DNA from: Acidobacteriota bacterium
GTDB taxonomy: Bacteria > Acidobacteriota > Terriglobia > Bryobacterales > Bryobacteraceae
Reading direction: 5' to 3'
Assembly (NCBI GenBank): GCA_026394075.1
Contig: JAPKYX010000193.1
Span: 3,053 to 67,052, forward strand
Length of the DNA: 64,000 nt
Shown: positions 17,173-27,732 of the stretch, piece after piece
How the letters are laid out: each line of letters begins with the position of its first letter
Numbering within the stretch: position 1 is the stretch's first letter
Notes under the pieces: generated by a model
What the model saw: the letters and a program-made list of their open reading frames with translations, nothing else
The model's database searches: none
Told to the model about the DNA's origin: nothing
Translations under genes and position numbers: made by a program

Positions 17173-18639
17173 ATGAATCTGACCCGGCGCGCATTGGGCG
17201 CGAATCTGACGGCGGCCTGGGCCGTCGCCGCGCAGGAGCCGGCCGCGGGTGCGCCCTTGGCCATCGGCGGCAGGCGGGAGCTGTTCGTTGATCGCGCACT
17301 TGTCGACGAGGCTCGTGGCGTGGAGTTCCGCCTCGGTACGGCTGTCGACGCGGGTCCCGTCATTCACTTCAACCAGCCTTGGGAAGGCCGATTCTGTGGC
17401 TACACAACGATCCTCCAGGAGGCCAGCCTTTATCGCATGTACTATCGCGGCGTTCCCACGGCGGGCAACGATGGCAACGACGCGGAGTCTACCTGCTATG
17501 CGGAGTCGTTGGATGGCAAGACCTGGAAGCGCCCCGAGCTGAAGCTGTTTGAAGTGCATGGCCAGCGCCGGAACAATGTCATCCTGGCGCACAGCGCGCC
17601 CTATTCGCACAACTTCAGCCCGATGCTCGATCAACGGCCGGGCGTTGATGCATCGGAGCGATTCAAGGCGCTGGCCGGTGTCCATAAGACGGGCTTGATG
17701 GCATTCGTTTCCGCCGATGGCTTGCGATGGAAGAAATTGCGTGAGCAGCCCGTGTTTCCGCCGCCCAGCGCATTCTCGCTGGATTCGCAGAACATCTCAT
17801 TCTGGTCGCCGGCGGAGCGCCAGTATGTGCTCTACTTCCGCACCTGGAAGAAGATCGGCAACACAAACTATCGTTGGGTCTCCCGCGCCACCAGTGACGA
17901 CTTTCTTACTTGGTCTCCGCCGGTGGAGATCAGCTACGGCGATGCGCCGCCGGAGCATCTTTATACCAACCAGACCGCTCCCTATTTCCGCGCGCCTCAC
18001 ATCTACGCCGGCATCTGTGCCCGCTTCATGCCAGGCCGCCAGATTGTCAGCGCAGCCCAGGCGGCTGAGCTTCGGGTGGATCCGCAGTACTTCAAGGACT
18101 GCTCCGACGCCGTGCTGGTGACGTCACGGGGCGGTGCCAGCTGCACGAGAACCTTCATGGAAGCATTCCTGCGCCCTGGAGTTGGTTTGGCGAACTGGGT
18201 GTCTCGCTCCAACTACCCCGCGCTTAACCTGGTCCAGACCAGCCCGAGCACGATGTCGTTCTACGTCAACCGGAACTACGGCCAGCCGACCGCAAACCTC
18301 CAGCGGTACGAACTGCGGCTGGATGGTCTGGCGTCAATTCGCGCAGGGTACCAGGGCGGGGAACTGTTGACCAAGCCGCTGCAATTTGAAGGAAGCCGCC
18401 TGGAACTCAACTTCTCCACCTCGGCTCCAGGAAGCGTGCGGGTGGAGCTACAAGATGCGGCGGGCCACCCGTTGCCGGGCTACACTCTGGCCGATGCGAA
18501 GGAACTGATCGGCGACGAAATCGGCCGTATCTATGCCTGGAAGTCAGGCGAAAGCGTCGCCACCTTGAAAGGCCAACCAGTCCGCATCCGCTTCGTCCTA
18601 AAGGACGCCGACATCTACGCCTTTCAGTTCAAACCGTAA
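17173..18639 (+). CDS. Secreted beta-propeller protein, glycoside-hydrolase-like (family uncertain)
   Basis: AAGGAGG precedes ATG 17173. Signal-like MNLTRRALGANLTAAWAVAA. Repeated blade-like segments (YRMYYRG, LMAFVSADGLRW, VLYFRTW). The family assignment is a guess. Confidence 0.6.
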   Translation: MNLTRRALGANLTAAWAVAAQEPAAGAPLAIGGRRELFVDRALVDEARGVEFRLGTAVDAGPVIHFNQPWEGRFCGYTTILQEASLYRMYYRGVPTAGNDGNDAESTCYAESLDGKTWKRPELKLFEVHGQRRNNVILAHSAPYSHNFSPMLDQRPGVDASERFKALAGVHKTGLMAFVSADGLRWKKLREQPVFPPPSAFSLDSQNISFWSPAERQYVLYFRTWKKIGNTNYRWVSRATSDDFLTWSPPVEISYGDAPPEHLYTNQTAPYFRAPHIYAGICARFMPGRQIVSAAQAAELRVDPQYFKDCSDAVLVTSRGGASCTRTFMEAFLRPGVGLANWVSRSNYPALNLVQTSPSTMSFYVNRNYGQPTANLQRYELRLDGLASIRAGYQGGELLTKPLQFEGSRLELNFSTSAPGSVRVELQDAAGHPLPGYTLADAKELIGDEIGRIYAWKSGESVATLKGQPVRIRFVLKDADIYAFQFKP

Positions 18640-18681
18640 CAGGAATCAAGACCGCCGAAGAGAACGAGCGGATGAAGAAGA

Positions 18682-18756
<75 letters not shown>

Positions 18757-18829
18757 AATGAGGGAATTCCTTCATAGAATAGCATCCTCGATCCGTCCGT
18801 CCAACCGCCCCTCCCCAGACCTTCCAGCG

Positions 18830-21800
18830 CTACGGCGCGGACGTCTTCAGTTTGGACCATTGGGCCAACAGAGCCGACATCGCCTTTTGGCGTTCCCCCG
18901 CCGAGCTTTTCAGGGCGGCCGGTGGGGCGGCGTCGGCTTCCTGGGCTAATTGGAGCAGTGTGCCCAGCGATCCGGTGACGCTGGAGATCGTATCGGGACC
19001 AGCGGGTGCGCCCCGGCCGCCTCGCCCGCTGCCGACCAACTTCTCGGCTTGCTGACTCAGTTCGGCTGACAGGCCCGGCTTCGCCCGCCAGGCGCGGATC
19101 TCGGCGATGGTGGCGTAGCCTTTCTGGATGTCTTCGTAGAGCCCCTTCGAGAGCGCGAACTGCGCCGCCAGATCGATGGCCGAAGTTTTGACGCGCGGGT
19201 CCATTTTGACCGTCAACGGTTGAGTGAACGTCTTGCCGTCCACGGTCAGTTTGACGGTGTACTGCCCGGGCATCACCAGCGGCGAGGTCGGGTTGGGGGC
19301 CGTGTCGGCAAAGATGGCGGCGATCGGGTAGGCCTTGGGAGCGCCTGCGACGGGCGTGTAGCGCATGTCCCATAGGAAGCGGTGCATACCGGCGGAGGCG
19401 GGCAGGGAACGGCCTGGTCGCACCCAATAGGGCGGGATCGCGAGTTGCGGATCGGGACGGTCTACCGGGTCGGTGCTCGAATACCGGCGGACCAACTGTC
19501 CGGCGCGATCCAGGATCTCCAGCGTCACCGGACCCGTCGTTCCCGCAGGAAGCGCGTAGTCGATCATCGCGCCGTCGGGCGGATTGGTGCCCACCGGCTC
19601 ATCTGGGGGCAGGGGAGTGTCGGTGTTCATGTTCCACCGGACGCGCAGGGCCGTGGCCGGTGCGAAAAGTGTGGCCGAGGTGGTGGATACGGCCGGCGTC
19701 ATCTGGCGCAGTGGCGTGACGTTGTCCAGGATCCAGAAACCGCGACCATGCGTACCCACGGCCAGATCATCATCCTTGACGATCAGATCGCGGATGGAGG
19801 TGGCCGGTAGATTCTGCCGCAGCGTCTGCCAGTGCGCGCCATCGTCGAACGACACAAACACCGTCCGCTCCGTGCCCGCATACAGCAAGCCCTTCCGCTT
19901 GGGATCTTCGCGGACCACGTTCACCGGCGCGTTGTCATCCATGCCGGTCACGATCTCGGTCCAGGTGGTGCCTCCATCATGGGTGCGCAGAATGTGTGGA
20001 CGCATGTCGTCCAGGCGCAGCGTGTTGATGGCTGCATAGGCCGTGCCTGCGCTGAAATGGCCGGCCTCGATCAAGGAGACCTTTGAGAACGGTCCCTGTT
20101 GCGGCGGCGTCACGTTCTTCCAAGTCACGCCGCCATCGACGGTGACGTGGATCAGGCCATCGTCCGTCCCGGCCCAGACGCGGTTCACTTCGACGGGCGA
20201 AGGAGCGACGGTATAGATCACACCGCGCTGAGTTGGCTGGGCGGTGGGCGTATTGCGATACTTGCCGATGTTGGCGGGCACCTCGAATGTCTTGCGGCTC
20301 AAGTCCGGGCTGACTTCCTTCCAGGTCTGGCCACCGTCGCGGGTCTTCCACAGCGTGTTGGCCCCAAAGTAGAGCGCCTTGGGATCGAGGGGCGAAAAGA
20401 TCACTGGGGCCGTACGCAGCACGCGGAAGCCGCCATCGCGCAGAGGCTTGGGCAGGATGTGCTGCGTCTGGCCGGTGCGGCGGTCATGCCGGGTCAACTT
20501 GCCGCCGTAGACGATGTCCGGATCCAGCGGGTCCGGGGCGACGTAGCCGTACTCCTCGGCACCCACATGCCGCCAGTCCCGGAAGCTGATCGCGCCATCG
20601 TTGCCCCGGGTGGAAACGCAAGCCGAGCCGCTCTCCTGCTGGCCGCCACAGACGCGGTAGGGGAACGCGTTGTCAGCGGTGACGTGATACATCTGCGCGG
20701 TCGGCTGGTTGTACCAGCTGCTCCAGGATTGGCCGCCATTGACCGTGATGATGGCACCCTGGTCCGCCGCCAGCAGGATGGTCTGGGGGTTACGGGGATT
20801 GATCCAGATGTTCTGGTAGTCATCTCCACCGGGCGCGCCCCGAAACGCTGCCCAAGTGAGCCCGCCATCGGTGGACTTCCAGCAGACCGTGCTGGCGATG
20901 TAGACCGTCTCCGGGTTCTGCGGATCGAACGCGGGGACGGGGGCGTCACCGCCGCCAATGCGGCCCGCGGGGCGCGGATCGGCCGTCACCTTGAACCAGT
21001 TCTCACCCGCATCGTCGGAGCGATAGAGCTCAACCGTTGCGCGGCTGGCCACCGTGGCGAAAAGGCGGCGGGTCTGGCTGGGCGCAATGGCGATGTTCGC
21101 CTGGACGACGCCATCGGCGGGCAGTCCCTTGGTTAGCTGGCGCCAGGTGGCGCCGCCATCGGTGGACTTGAAGATGCCGCCGCCGGTCCCGCTCCAGGCA
21201 CCGTTCTCCCAGGGCCCTTGCCGCGCTTCCCATAGCGCCGCGTAGACGGTGTTCGGGTTGCTGGGGTCGATCTCCACAAACGAAGCGCCGGTGTCCTCAT
21301 CCTTGAAGAGCACCTTTTCAAACGTCTGGCCACCATTCAGCGACCGGAAGACGCCGCGTTCGGTATTGGGGCCATAGGGGTGGCCCAGTACGGCGGCGAA
21401 GAGGCGGTCCGGGTTGGTTGGATCGACGGAAAGGCGCGGGATCTGCTGCCCATCGCGAAGGCCCAGGTGCGTCCACGTACGGCCCGCGTCGGTGGACTTA
21501 TAAATGCCATCGCCGGTCGACAGATCGGGCCGGTGGAGGCCTTCGCCACTACCGGCGTAGATGATGTCCGGGTTTGAGGGCGCGACGGCCAATGCGCCAA
21601 TGGAGCCGGTGGGCTGTTGGTCAAAGATCGGCTTCCAGATGCGGCCGTAGTCGGTGGTCTTCCAGACGCCGCCGTTCACCACGCCGACGTAGAAGACGTT
21701 GGGTTGCGAAGGGGCCCCCGCCAACGCCCGCGTGCGGCCGCCACGGAACGGGCCGATGGAACGCCATTGCAGTTCCTGGAACAACTGCGGGTCGACGGCC

Positions 21801-21925
21801 TGGCTTGCGGCGGGCGCAACGGCGGCGATCAGCAGCAACAGTGCCCAAACAGCGGAATGGCGGCTTTCTGAATGGAAGCTGGGAACAGGACTGGATTTCA
21901 CGGGCAAGGGTCTCCTGGAACTCAC
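18830..21925 (-). CDS. BNR/Asp-box repeat, sortilin-VPS10/GH74-like secreted protein
   Basis: 1031 aa with a signal peptide. Many S/T-x-D-x-G-x-T-W boxes (KTTDYGRIW, KSTDAGRTW, RSLNGGQTF, KSTDGGATW, KSTDGGLTW, KTRDGGQTW, RTHDGGTTW). Confidence 0.85.
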   Translation of the reverse strand: MSSRRPLPVKSSPVPSFHSESRHSAVWALLLLIAAVAPAASQAVDPQLFQELQWRSIGPFRGGRTRALAGAPSQPNVFYVGVVNGGVWKTTDYGRIWKPIFDQQPTGSIGALAVAPSNPDIIYAGSGEGLHRPDLSTGDGIYKSTDAGRTWTHLGLRDGQQIPRLSVDPTNPDRLFAAVLGHPYGPNTERGVFRSLNGGQTFEKVLFKDEDTGASFVEIDPSNPNTVYAALWEARQGPWENGAWSGTGGGIFKSTDGGATWRQLTKGLPADGVVQANIAIAPSQTRRLFATVASRATVELYRSDDAGENWFKVTADPRPAGRIGGGDAPVPAFDPQNPETVYIASTVCWKSTDGGLTWAAFRGAPGGDDYQNIWINPRNPQTILLAADQGAIITVNGGQSWSSWYNQPTAQMYHVTADNAFPYRVCGGQQESGSACVSTRGNDGAISFRDWRHVGAEEYGYVAPDPLDPDIVYGGKLTRHDRRTGQTQHILPKPLRDGGFRVLRTAPVIFSPLDPKALYFGANTLWKTRDGGQTWKEVSPDLSRKTFEVPANIGKYRNTPTAQPTQRGVIYTVAPSPVEVNRVWAGTDDGLIHVTVDGGVTWKNVTPPQQGPFSKVSLIEAGHFSAGTAYAAINTLRLDDMRPHILRTHDGGTTWTEIVTGMDDNAPVNVVREDPKRKGLLYAGTERTVFVSFDDGAHWQTLRQNLPATSIRDLIVKDDDLAVGTHGRGFWILDNVTPLRQMTPAVSTTSATLFAPATALRVRWNMNTDTPLPPDEPVGTNPPDGAMIDYALPAGTTGPVTLEILDRAGQLVRRYSSTDPVDRPDPQLAIPPYWVRPGRSLPASAGMHRFLWDMRYTPVAGAPKAYPIAAIFADTAPNPTSPLVMPGQYTVKLTVDGKTFTQPLTVKMDPRVKTSAIDLAAQFALSKGLYEDIQKGYATIAEIRAWRAKPGLSAELSQQAEKLVGSGRGGRGAPAGPDTISSVTGSLGTLLQLAQEADAAPPAALKSSAGERQKAMSALLAQWSKLKTSAP

Positions 21926-21982
21926 GGTGTTAGACGTGAGTATAGACCACCACCTTGACCGCGCCCCGCCGGGAGCCCGTAA

Positions 21983-22858
21983 CTACTTGGCGGTCTTGAG
22001 TTCCGCCGCGATCAGCGGAATCAGTACTTGTGGTTCCAGTGAGCCTTGGTATTTCTTGCCGTTCAGGTAGATGGTCGGCGTCGCGTTGACACCAGCCTGC
22101 TCGCCGTCGGCCAGGTCGCGGTCCACGGCCGCCTTCGTCGCTGGAGCGTCCAGAGCAGCGGTGAAGCGGGGCACGTCCAGGCCCAGGTCCTTGGCCCACA
22201 GCAGAATCTTCTCGCGGTTGATCGCGCGGCTGTTCGCGTACATCTGGTCATGCAGCGGCCAGAACTTGCCCTGCGCGTGCGCGGCCAAGCTGGCCCGGGC
22301 CGCCAGCGCTGCCTGCGAGTGGCTGTCGAGCGGGAACTGCTTGTAGATCATCCGCACATCGTTCGGGTACGCCTTCAGCACCGCATCCAACTGCTGCACG
22401 GCGCGGACACAGAACGGGCACTGGAAATCGGAGAACTCAATAATCGTGATCCGCGCCTTGGCCGGGCCTTTGGCGGGTGCGCCGTTCACGGGGATGGCCA
22501 CTGGATCGAGCAAAACTTTGCCCCGGTTGGACGCGGCCTTCATGGCTGGGGAAGCCGCTAGCGCTTGGCGAATCTGCGCCACTGTCTGTCCGGCCGCCGC
22601 CCCGGCGACCACTTGGCGAGCCAGCATCTGGCTGGTGCCGCAGCCTGGATCCTCCACGCGGCACTGGGCCAGCAACATCGGGCAGCCGCACGGGCACGGT
22701 GTGTCCCGCAGCACGGTCAGCGCCACTTTTTGCTGCGCCGGCGTCAGTGTCTTCAGTTCCACGCCCGGCAAGCTCGTGGCCGTTTTCCAGTCACTGGCGG
22801 GGGCTTGGGCCAACAGGCACGAAAAGCTGGTCAGCGCCAGCGCGAGGGTCCGAAACAT
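21983..22858 (-). CDS. DsbA-family thiol:disulfide oxidoreductase with Cys-rich N-terminal segment
   Basis: Signal peptide from MFRTLALALTSFSCLLAQA (internal ATG at 22858). Thioredoxin-fold active site FQCPFC. N-terminal segment PCPCGCPMLLAQCRVEDPGC. Confidence 0.8.
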   Translation of the reverse strand: MFRTLALALTSFSCLLAQAPASDWKTATSLPGVELKTLTPAQQKVALTVLRDTPCPCGCPMLLAQCRVEDPGCGTSQMLARQVVAGAAAGQTVAQIRQALAASPAMKAASNRGKVLLDPVAIPVNGAPAKGPAKARITIIEFSDFQCPFCVRAVQQLDAVLKAYPNDVRMIYKQFPLDSHSQAALAARASLAAHAQGKFWPLHDQMYANSRAINREKILLWAKDLGLDVPRFTAALDAPATKAAVDRDLADGEQAGVNATPTIYLNGKKYQGSLEPQVLIPLIAAELKTAK

Positions 22859-22929
22859 GACACCATTATGCGGCAATCCGCGCGGGCCGGTCCGGGCCCG
22901 GCAAGTCCGCCAAAGGCTCTGTCTGGCCA

Positions 22930-23595
22930 CTAGATGTCCGGGTCCCGGCGCTTGAGCCCGCCAAACCGGAAGTGCAGGCTGGTCAGGAACATGTGGCGTG
23001 AGGCACCCAAGTCCGGCCGGCGCGGCTCATAAAAGTACCCGAGATCGAGATCGACGCGGCGGCGCAACTTCGCCCACCGTACCCCGCCAGAGTATCGCGT
23101 GCTGCGAATACCCTGCCGATCAAGGAAAGTCTCCACGCTGACATAGGGGGCCACGGGGGCGGTGCCACTCCACCGAAGGCGTTCCCGAAATCGGGTGAAG
23201 CTGCGGTCATGGGCGATGAAGCGTTCCACCAGTGAACGCAACTCCACTTCACTCTTCGCCGATTTGAATGCCAGGAACTCCACTCCTCCGAAAGGCCGAT
23301 GTGTTCCGCGGAGGTCCCGTTCCGCCGACTTTTGCTTGCCAAAGTAGTAGCCACCCAGAACCGACCATCGCGGCCCCAGCGAGTACTCAACGATCGGCCC
23401 CATCCGGAACTGATAGAGCCCCAGGTCCCCGGGGTTCGTCCGGCCTCGGCTGTGCAGCGTCAATTGCAGCTTGCGGGAGACCGGCATTGACGCTTCGAAC
23501 GCGTGTTGGGTGTCCGTCTGTTGGCCCCTTGCCACCGGGGCCAGCAGAAGCAGCCCCGCAAGAATCAGCATCGCACTCTGGAACAGGTTGACCAT
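22930..23595 (-). CDS. DUF2490-like outer-membrane beta-barrel protein
   Basis: Signal peptide MVNLFQSAMLILAGLLLLAPVARG. Alternating amphipathic strands, aromatic-rich, with a C-terminal ...LHFRFG-type end. Confidence 0.55.
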   Translation of the reverse strand: MVNLFQSAMLILAGLLLLAPVARGQQTDTQHAFEASMPVSRKLQLTLHSRGRTNPGDLGLYQFRMGPIVEYSLGPRWSVLGGYYFGKQKSAERDLRGTHRPFGGVEFLAFKSAKSEVELRSLVERFIAHDRSFTRFRERLRWSGTAPVAPYVSVETFLDRQGIRSTRYSGGVRWAKLRRRVDLDLGYFYEPRRPDLGASRHMFLTSLHFRFGGLKRRDPDI

Positions 23596-23921
23596 CAGGT
23601 TCAAAGTTAGCAGGCCGCTTTCCGGCGGCCCCACGTGGCTCAGCAAGGATTCCCGCGAAGCAGGATGTTCCTGTCAATGTTCTGTCTAACGCCCATCGTC
23701 AGTTTGGCCGGCTGGGTATTAGGGGCACCGAAGTGAATAATGGAGCTTTCCATGAAGTGGACTGAAGCGCTCGCCCCTCGCCGCGCTAAGCTGGAGGTCT
23801 TCGGCACCGCAGCCCTAACGACTACGCTATCGTTCGGTAACCAGCAGCGTGATCGGTTGGCGTGCGCGTGTAGCCGGCCCAGGCCGGTCAGCGGGCGTTC
23901 AAGCCGCGAAGGAGAACGACG

Positions 23922-24356
23922 ATGAAGCATCCCATGAAGCCCTCGCGCCGCGAAGTCCCAGCGTTGCTGACGGCGCTAACTGGTCTTGCAGCCTCCGCCC
24001 AGACCGCCGCACCGCTGCCGTCCCGGGCCTTCCGGTTTGAGGATCTGCCCGTGCGCGCCAACGGGAAGAACCGGTCGAGGGCCGTGCTGAATGGGTTGAC
24101 CCACAGTGGTTTCCCGGTGGAGATGCATCAGACAGAACTCGGCCCCGGCATGGAGCCGCACCCCCCGCATTCGCACATCAACGAGGAACTGCTGATGCTG
24201 CGCGAAGGTACGCTGGAGGTGACCATCTCGGGCCAGACCACGACGCTGGGGCCTGGTGGGTCAGTGTATGTCGCTTCCGGCGAAGTCCATGGCTGGCGCA
24301 ATCCAGGGGAATCCTCGGCGCACTACTTTGTGATTGCGCTGGGGGCCAAGAAGTAG
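23922..24356 (+). CDS. Cupin domain protein (TAT/Sec-signal bearing)
   Basis: GGAG upstream of the start. SRREVPALLTALTGLAASAQ leader. Cupin motifs G.E.HPPHSH ... GGSVYVASGEVHGWRN. Confidence 0.75.
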   Translation: MKHPMKPSRREVPALLTALTGLAASAQTAAPLPSRAFRFEDLPVRANGKNRSRAVLNGLTHSGFPVEMHQTELGPGMEPHPPHSHINEELLMLREGTLEVTISGQTTTLGPGGSVYVASGEVHGWRNPGESSAHYFVIALGAKK

Positions 24357-24434
24357 CTGAATGAGTAGACGGCGAACTGGAGCAGCTTCGAACGCGGCAA
24401 ATCGCCCTCTCTCCGCCAAGTCACGCGAGGCTCG

Positions 24435-25976
24435 ATGGTATCGCTAACCCGCCGCTCCGCCTTGTCCGCCATCATCGGTGGCGCAGTATCCGGCCAAACG
24501 CGCCACCGGACCTCGCCCAACGTCCTGTTCATCGCTGTCGATGACCTCCGGCCGGAACTCGGCATCTACGGCGCCTCCCACGCCCACACGCCGCACCTGG
24601 ACGCTTTGGGGCGCAGTGGCGTCACCTTCACCAAAGCCTATTGCCAGCAAGCCGTCTGCAATCCTTCCCGAGCCAGCGTGCTGACCGGGCTGCGGCCGGA
24701 CACGCTGCGGGTCTGGGATCTGGACACCGGCTTCCGGTCCACTACACCGCAAGCTGTAACGCTGCCTCAGCGCCTGCGGCAGCAGGGTTACTTTGCGACG
24801 GCGATGGGCAAGATCTTCCACAACACGCTGCCGGACCCGGCCTCCTGGAGTGAGCCGGAGCTTCGCCTGCCGGGCTACCCCTTTGATCCCGATGCGGTCT
24901 ATCGCAGTGCCTCCGAAACCGCCTGGATTGCCGGCCGTCAGCGCGAGTTGACTGCTCAAGGCGTCCAGCAGCGCTACATCGATCAATACGGCGAGTGGTA
25001 CTTGAAAGCCGCCGCCACCGAGGCCCCGGACTTGCCGGACAATGCGTATTTCGACGGCGCGCAGACCGACCAGGCCATCGCGAAGTTGAAGCAGCTGGAA
25101 GCGCGCCGCCAGCCGTTCTTCCTGGGTGTTGGCTATTACCGTCCGCACCTGCCGTTCAACGTTCCGGCCAAGTACTGGAGGTTGTATGATCGCGCCCGCC
25201 TTCCGTTGGCCCCCAACCCGGCACTCCCAATCAACGCGCCCCCGATGGCCCTCAACACCATCCGCGAGCTTCGCGGCTATCGTGACTTTCGAGAGGCTCC
25301 CCAGCCCGATCAGGGGTCGCTGACCGAGGCCCAGGCGCGCCTGTTGCGCCATGGCTACCTGGCATCGGTCAGTTACGTGGATGCCCAGGTGGGCCGCTTA
25401 CTGAACGCGCTGGACCGCGCGCGGTTGGCGGAGAACACCGTGGTGGTGCTGTGGGGCGACAACGGGTGGAAGCTGGGCGAACACAATGGCTGGTGCAAGA
25501 TGACCAACTTCGAGATGGACACGCGCGTGCCCTTGATCATCCGTGCGCCGGGTGTCAAGGGTGCTGTGTGCCATCGCTTAGTGGAGCTAGTGGACATCTA
25601 TCCCACCGTTTGCGAACTGGCGGGTTTGCCCCCGGAGCCCCAGTTGGAAGGCCGCAGCCTATTGCCGTTGATGAAGAGCCCGGCCCGCCCCTGGAAGTCC
25701 GCCGTCTTCAGCCAATTCCTCCGCTCCGGCGTGTGGTCCGCCGCCGACGGTGAGGAGTACATGGGTTATTGCGTCCGTACGGTCACCCATCGCTATGTCG
25801 AATGGGTGGACTGGAAGCGCAAGACGGTGGTCGCGCATGAGCTGTACGACCTTCAGCGAGACCCGCTCGAGAACAACAACATCTTCCAACGGCCCGGAAC
25901 CGAAGCCGTCGCGGCCCAACTGGAGCGCCAACTGCGATCCGGTTGGCGAACTGCCGTGCCTGCCGACGCTCGCTGA
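24435..25976 (+). CDS. Sulfatase (iduronate-2-sulfatase-like), TAT leader
   Basis: PNVLFIAVDDLRPELG and the formylglycine motif CNPSRASVLTG. LTRRSALSAIIGG leader. Confidence 0.9.
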   Translation: MVSLTRRSALSAIIGGAVSGQTRHRTSPNVLFIAVDDLRPELGIYGASHAHTPHLDALGRSGVTFTKAYCQQAVCNPSRASVLTGLRPDTLRVWDLDTGFRSTTPQAVTLPQRLRQQGYFATAMGKIFHNTLPDPASWSEPELRLPGYPFDPDAVYRSASETAWIAGRQRELTAQGVQQRYIDQYGEWYLKAAATEAPDLPDNAYFDGAQTDQAIAKLKQLEARRQPFFLGVGYYRPHLPFNVPAKYWRLYDRARLPLAPNPALPINAPPMALNTIRELRGYRDFREAPQPDQGSLTEAQARLLRHGYLASVSYVDAQVGRLLNALDRARLAENTVVVLWGDNGWKLGEHNGWCKMTNFEMDTRVPLIIRAPGVKGAVCHRLVELVDIYPTVCELAGLPPEPQLEGRSLLPLMKSPARPWKSAVFSQFLRSGVWSAADGEEYMGYCVRTVTHRYVEWVDWKRKTVVAHELYDLQRDPLENNNIFQRPGTEAVAAQLERQLRSGWRTAVPADAR

Positions 25977-26015
25977 CCGTGCGGGAAGAGTGCGTCCGCC
26001 ACGCTACCGGGTGAG

Positions 26016-26603
26016 CTACAAGATTGTGGCGCAAAGGTGCGCGTAGTCTTCCGCGGTGTCGACATCGGTGGCCGCTTCCGGACACGGTTCGTGGTAGGCG
26101 TCGTGCGGGTGTTTCAGAATGACGCCCTTGCAGCCTGCCGCCGGCGCTAACGCGGCTAAGTGCGCAAAGTAGGGACGCGCAAAGTAGACCGGCACCCCAA
26201 CCGTGCCTTCATAAGCGGCGGCCACGATGGGCGGACCAGATTGCCCGTGGATCTCAACCAGTCTCCGGTACGTGCCGGCGGTCAACAGCGGCAGGTCCGC
26301 CAAAGTCAGGATGAGGCCGGCCGTGTCCTCCGAGAGCACCGCCAGCCCGGCCTGGATCGATGTGCCTATGCCTTCTTCCCAGCGTGGGTTGAAGGCTATG
26401 CGCACGGGCAGATCGGCCAGGGCCGCTTCCACCTGCTGCTGATAGGCTCCGGTCACCACCACCACCGGGCCCAGCTCTGCCGCCAGCGCGGTCTCTGCTG
26501 CATGGCGTACCAGCGGCCGCCCTCCGAAATCCAGCAACTGTTTGGGCCGCCCCATGCGAGAGGCTTGCCCGGCGGCGAGGATGATGATGGCGGTCTCAGC
26601 CAT
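26016..26603 (-). CDS. MobA/MocA-like nucleotidyltransferase (molybdenum cofactor cytidylyl/guanylyltransferase)
   Basis: The internal start MAETAIIILAAGQASRMGRPKQLL is the family signature. It overlaps the XdhC stop by 8 nt. The ORF-track N-extension lies inside xdhC. Confidence 0.8.
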   Translation of the reverse strand: MAETAIIILAAGQASRMGRPKQLLDFGGRPLVRHAAETALAAELGPVVVVTGAYQQQVEAALADLPVRIAFNPRWEEGIGTSIQAGLAVLSEDTAGLILTLADLPLLTAGTYRRLVEIHGQSGPPIVAAAYEGTVGVPVYFARPYFAHLAALAPAAGCKGVILKHPHDAYHEPCPEAATDVDTAEDYAHLCATIL

Positions 26604-27720
26604 GGATCTCACATCCGGCAAACTCGGCGGTGAAGGCCGGCAGCGCGTCCAGCGTGGCTCCCAGCTTCTCTGCTGGATCGTGAATGGCGCGACGACGCCA
26701 CCGCAGGGGCGCACCCGTCCGGCCGCAGAAGACCGACTGAATCTCGGCCACAATGGCCAGCGCAATCGACTCCGGCGCGTCACCGCCCAAGTCCAAGCCC
26801 ACGGGCGCATGGAGATTCACGCCTTCGGGACGCAGGCCCAACTGCCGATACAGCCGCTCAGTGCGCTGCCATGGCCCCAGCAGGCCCAGATATGGAGGAT
26901 CGAGCGGCAGGATTTGCGGCAGCAGCTTTTCATCCAGCGGGAAGTTGTGGGTCATCATTACGACCGCCGTATCCGGCCCAATATCGAGTCCGGCAATGGA
27001 ACCGTTGGGTGGCAGCGTCACCACGCGCGCCGCGCCCGGGAAGCGCTGGGCCTTCGTGTAGCCGCTGCGGACATCGGCCACCGTGATCTCCCAGCCCAAC
27101 AGGGAAGCAGCATTGACCACCGGAACCACATCATGGCCCGCTCCAAACACCACCAGCCGCTGAGGCGGCGCGATGTGTTCGAGGAACAGTTCTGCATCCG
27201 GCAGACAGAGCAGCCGGCTGCGGCCCAACTTCAACGTCTCGGCGCACGGCCCGGCCAGCTCTGCGGGAAAGACATCAAAGAAGTGGTCGCCCGTGTGGAA
27301 ACAGGAATGCTCCGCCGCACGCACCACGGTGGCCACCACGGTCGCCCGGCGTTCCCGCTGGCAGGCATCAAGATAGGTCAAAAGCGCCGCCGTCGCCGGC
27401 GCGGCGGAGCGTTCCAGCAGCACCGAGATGACGCCATTGCAGCCCAGGCCGAACTCCCAAACTGCATCATCATCGGAACTGGTGTCGTAGACGCGCAGCA
27501 CGGGCCGCGCGCCGGCCGTCCACCAACTGGCTTTCCGCGCCACCTCGCCTTCCAGGCAGCCGCCGCTGATGGTGCCGACGCAATGGCCGTCGGACCCGAT
27601 CCACATGCGGGCCCCGGGCCGGCGGTAGGCCGACCCTTCCACATGGACCACCGTCGCCAGCACGCCTCCCGGTAAAGGGGCGGCGCGCCAGGCATCGAGG
27701 ATGGCGTTGAGTTCGCGCAC
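26596..27720 (-). CDS. XdhC/CoxI-family Mo-hydroxylase maturation protein
   Basis: LATVVHVEGSAYRRPGARMWI...GTISGGCLE plus an NAD-like fold LVVFGAGHD. Sits directly downstream of the Mo subunit gene. Confidence 0.85.
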   Translation of the reverse strand: MRELNAILDAWRAAPLPGGVLATVVHVEGSAYRRPGARMWIGSDGHCVGTISGGCLEGEVARKASWWTAGARPVLRVYDTSSDDDAVWEFGLGCNGVISVLLERSAAPATAALLTYLDACQRERRATVVATVVRAAEHSCFHTGDHFFDVFPAELAGPCAETLKLGRSRLLCLPDAELFLEHIAPPQRLVVFGAGHDVVPVVNAASLLGWEITVADVRSGYTKAQRFPGAARVVTLPPNGSIAGLDIGPDTAVVMMTHNFPLDEKLLPQILPLDPPYLGLLGPWQRTERLYRQLGLRPEGVNLHAPVGLDLGGDAPESIALAIVAEIQSVFCGRTGAPLRWRRRAIHDPAEKLGATLDALPAFTAEFAGCEIHG

Positions 27721-27732
27721 AGGAGGCTCCGC

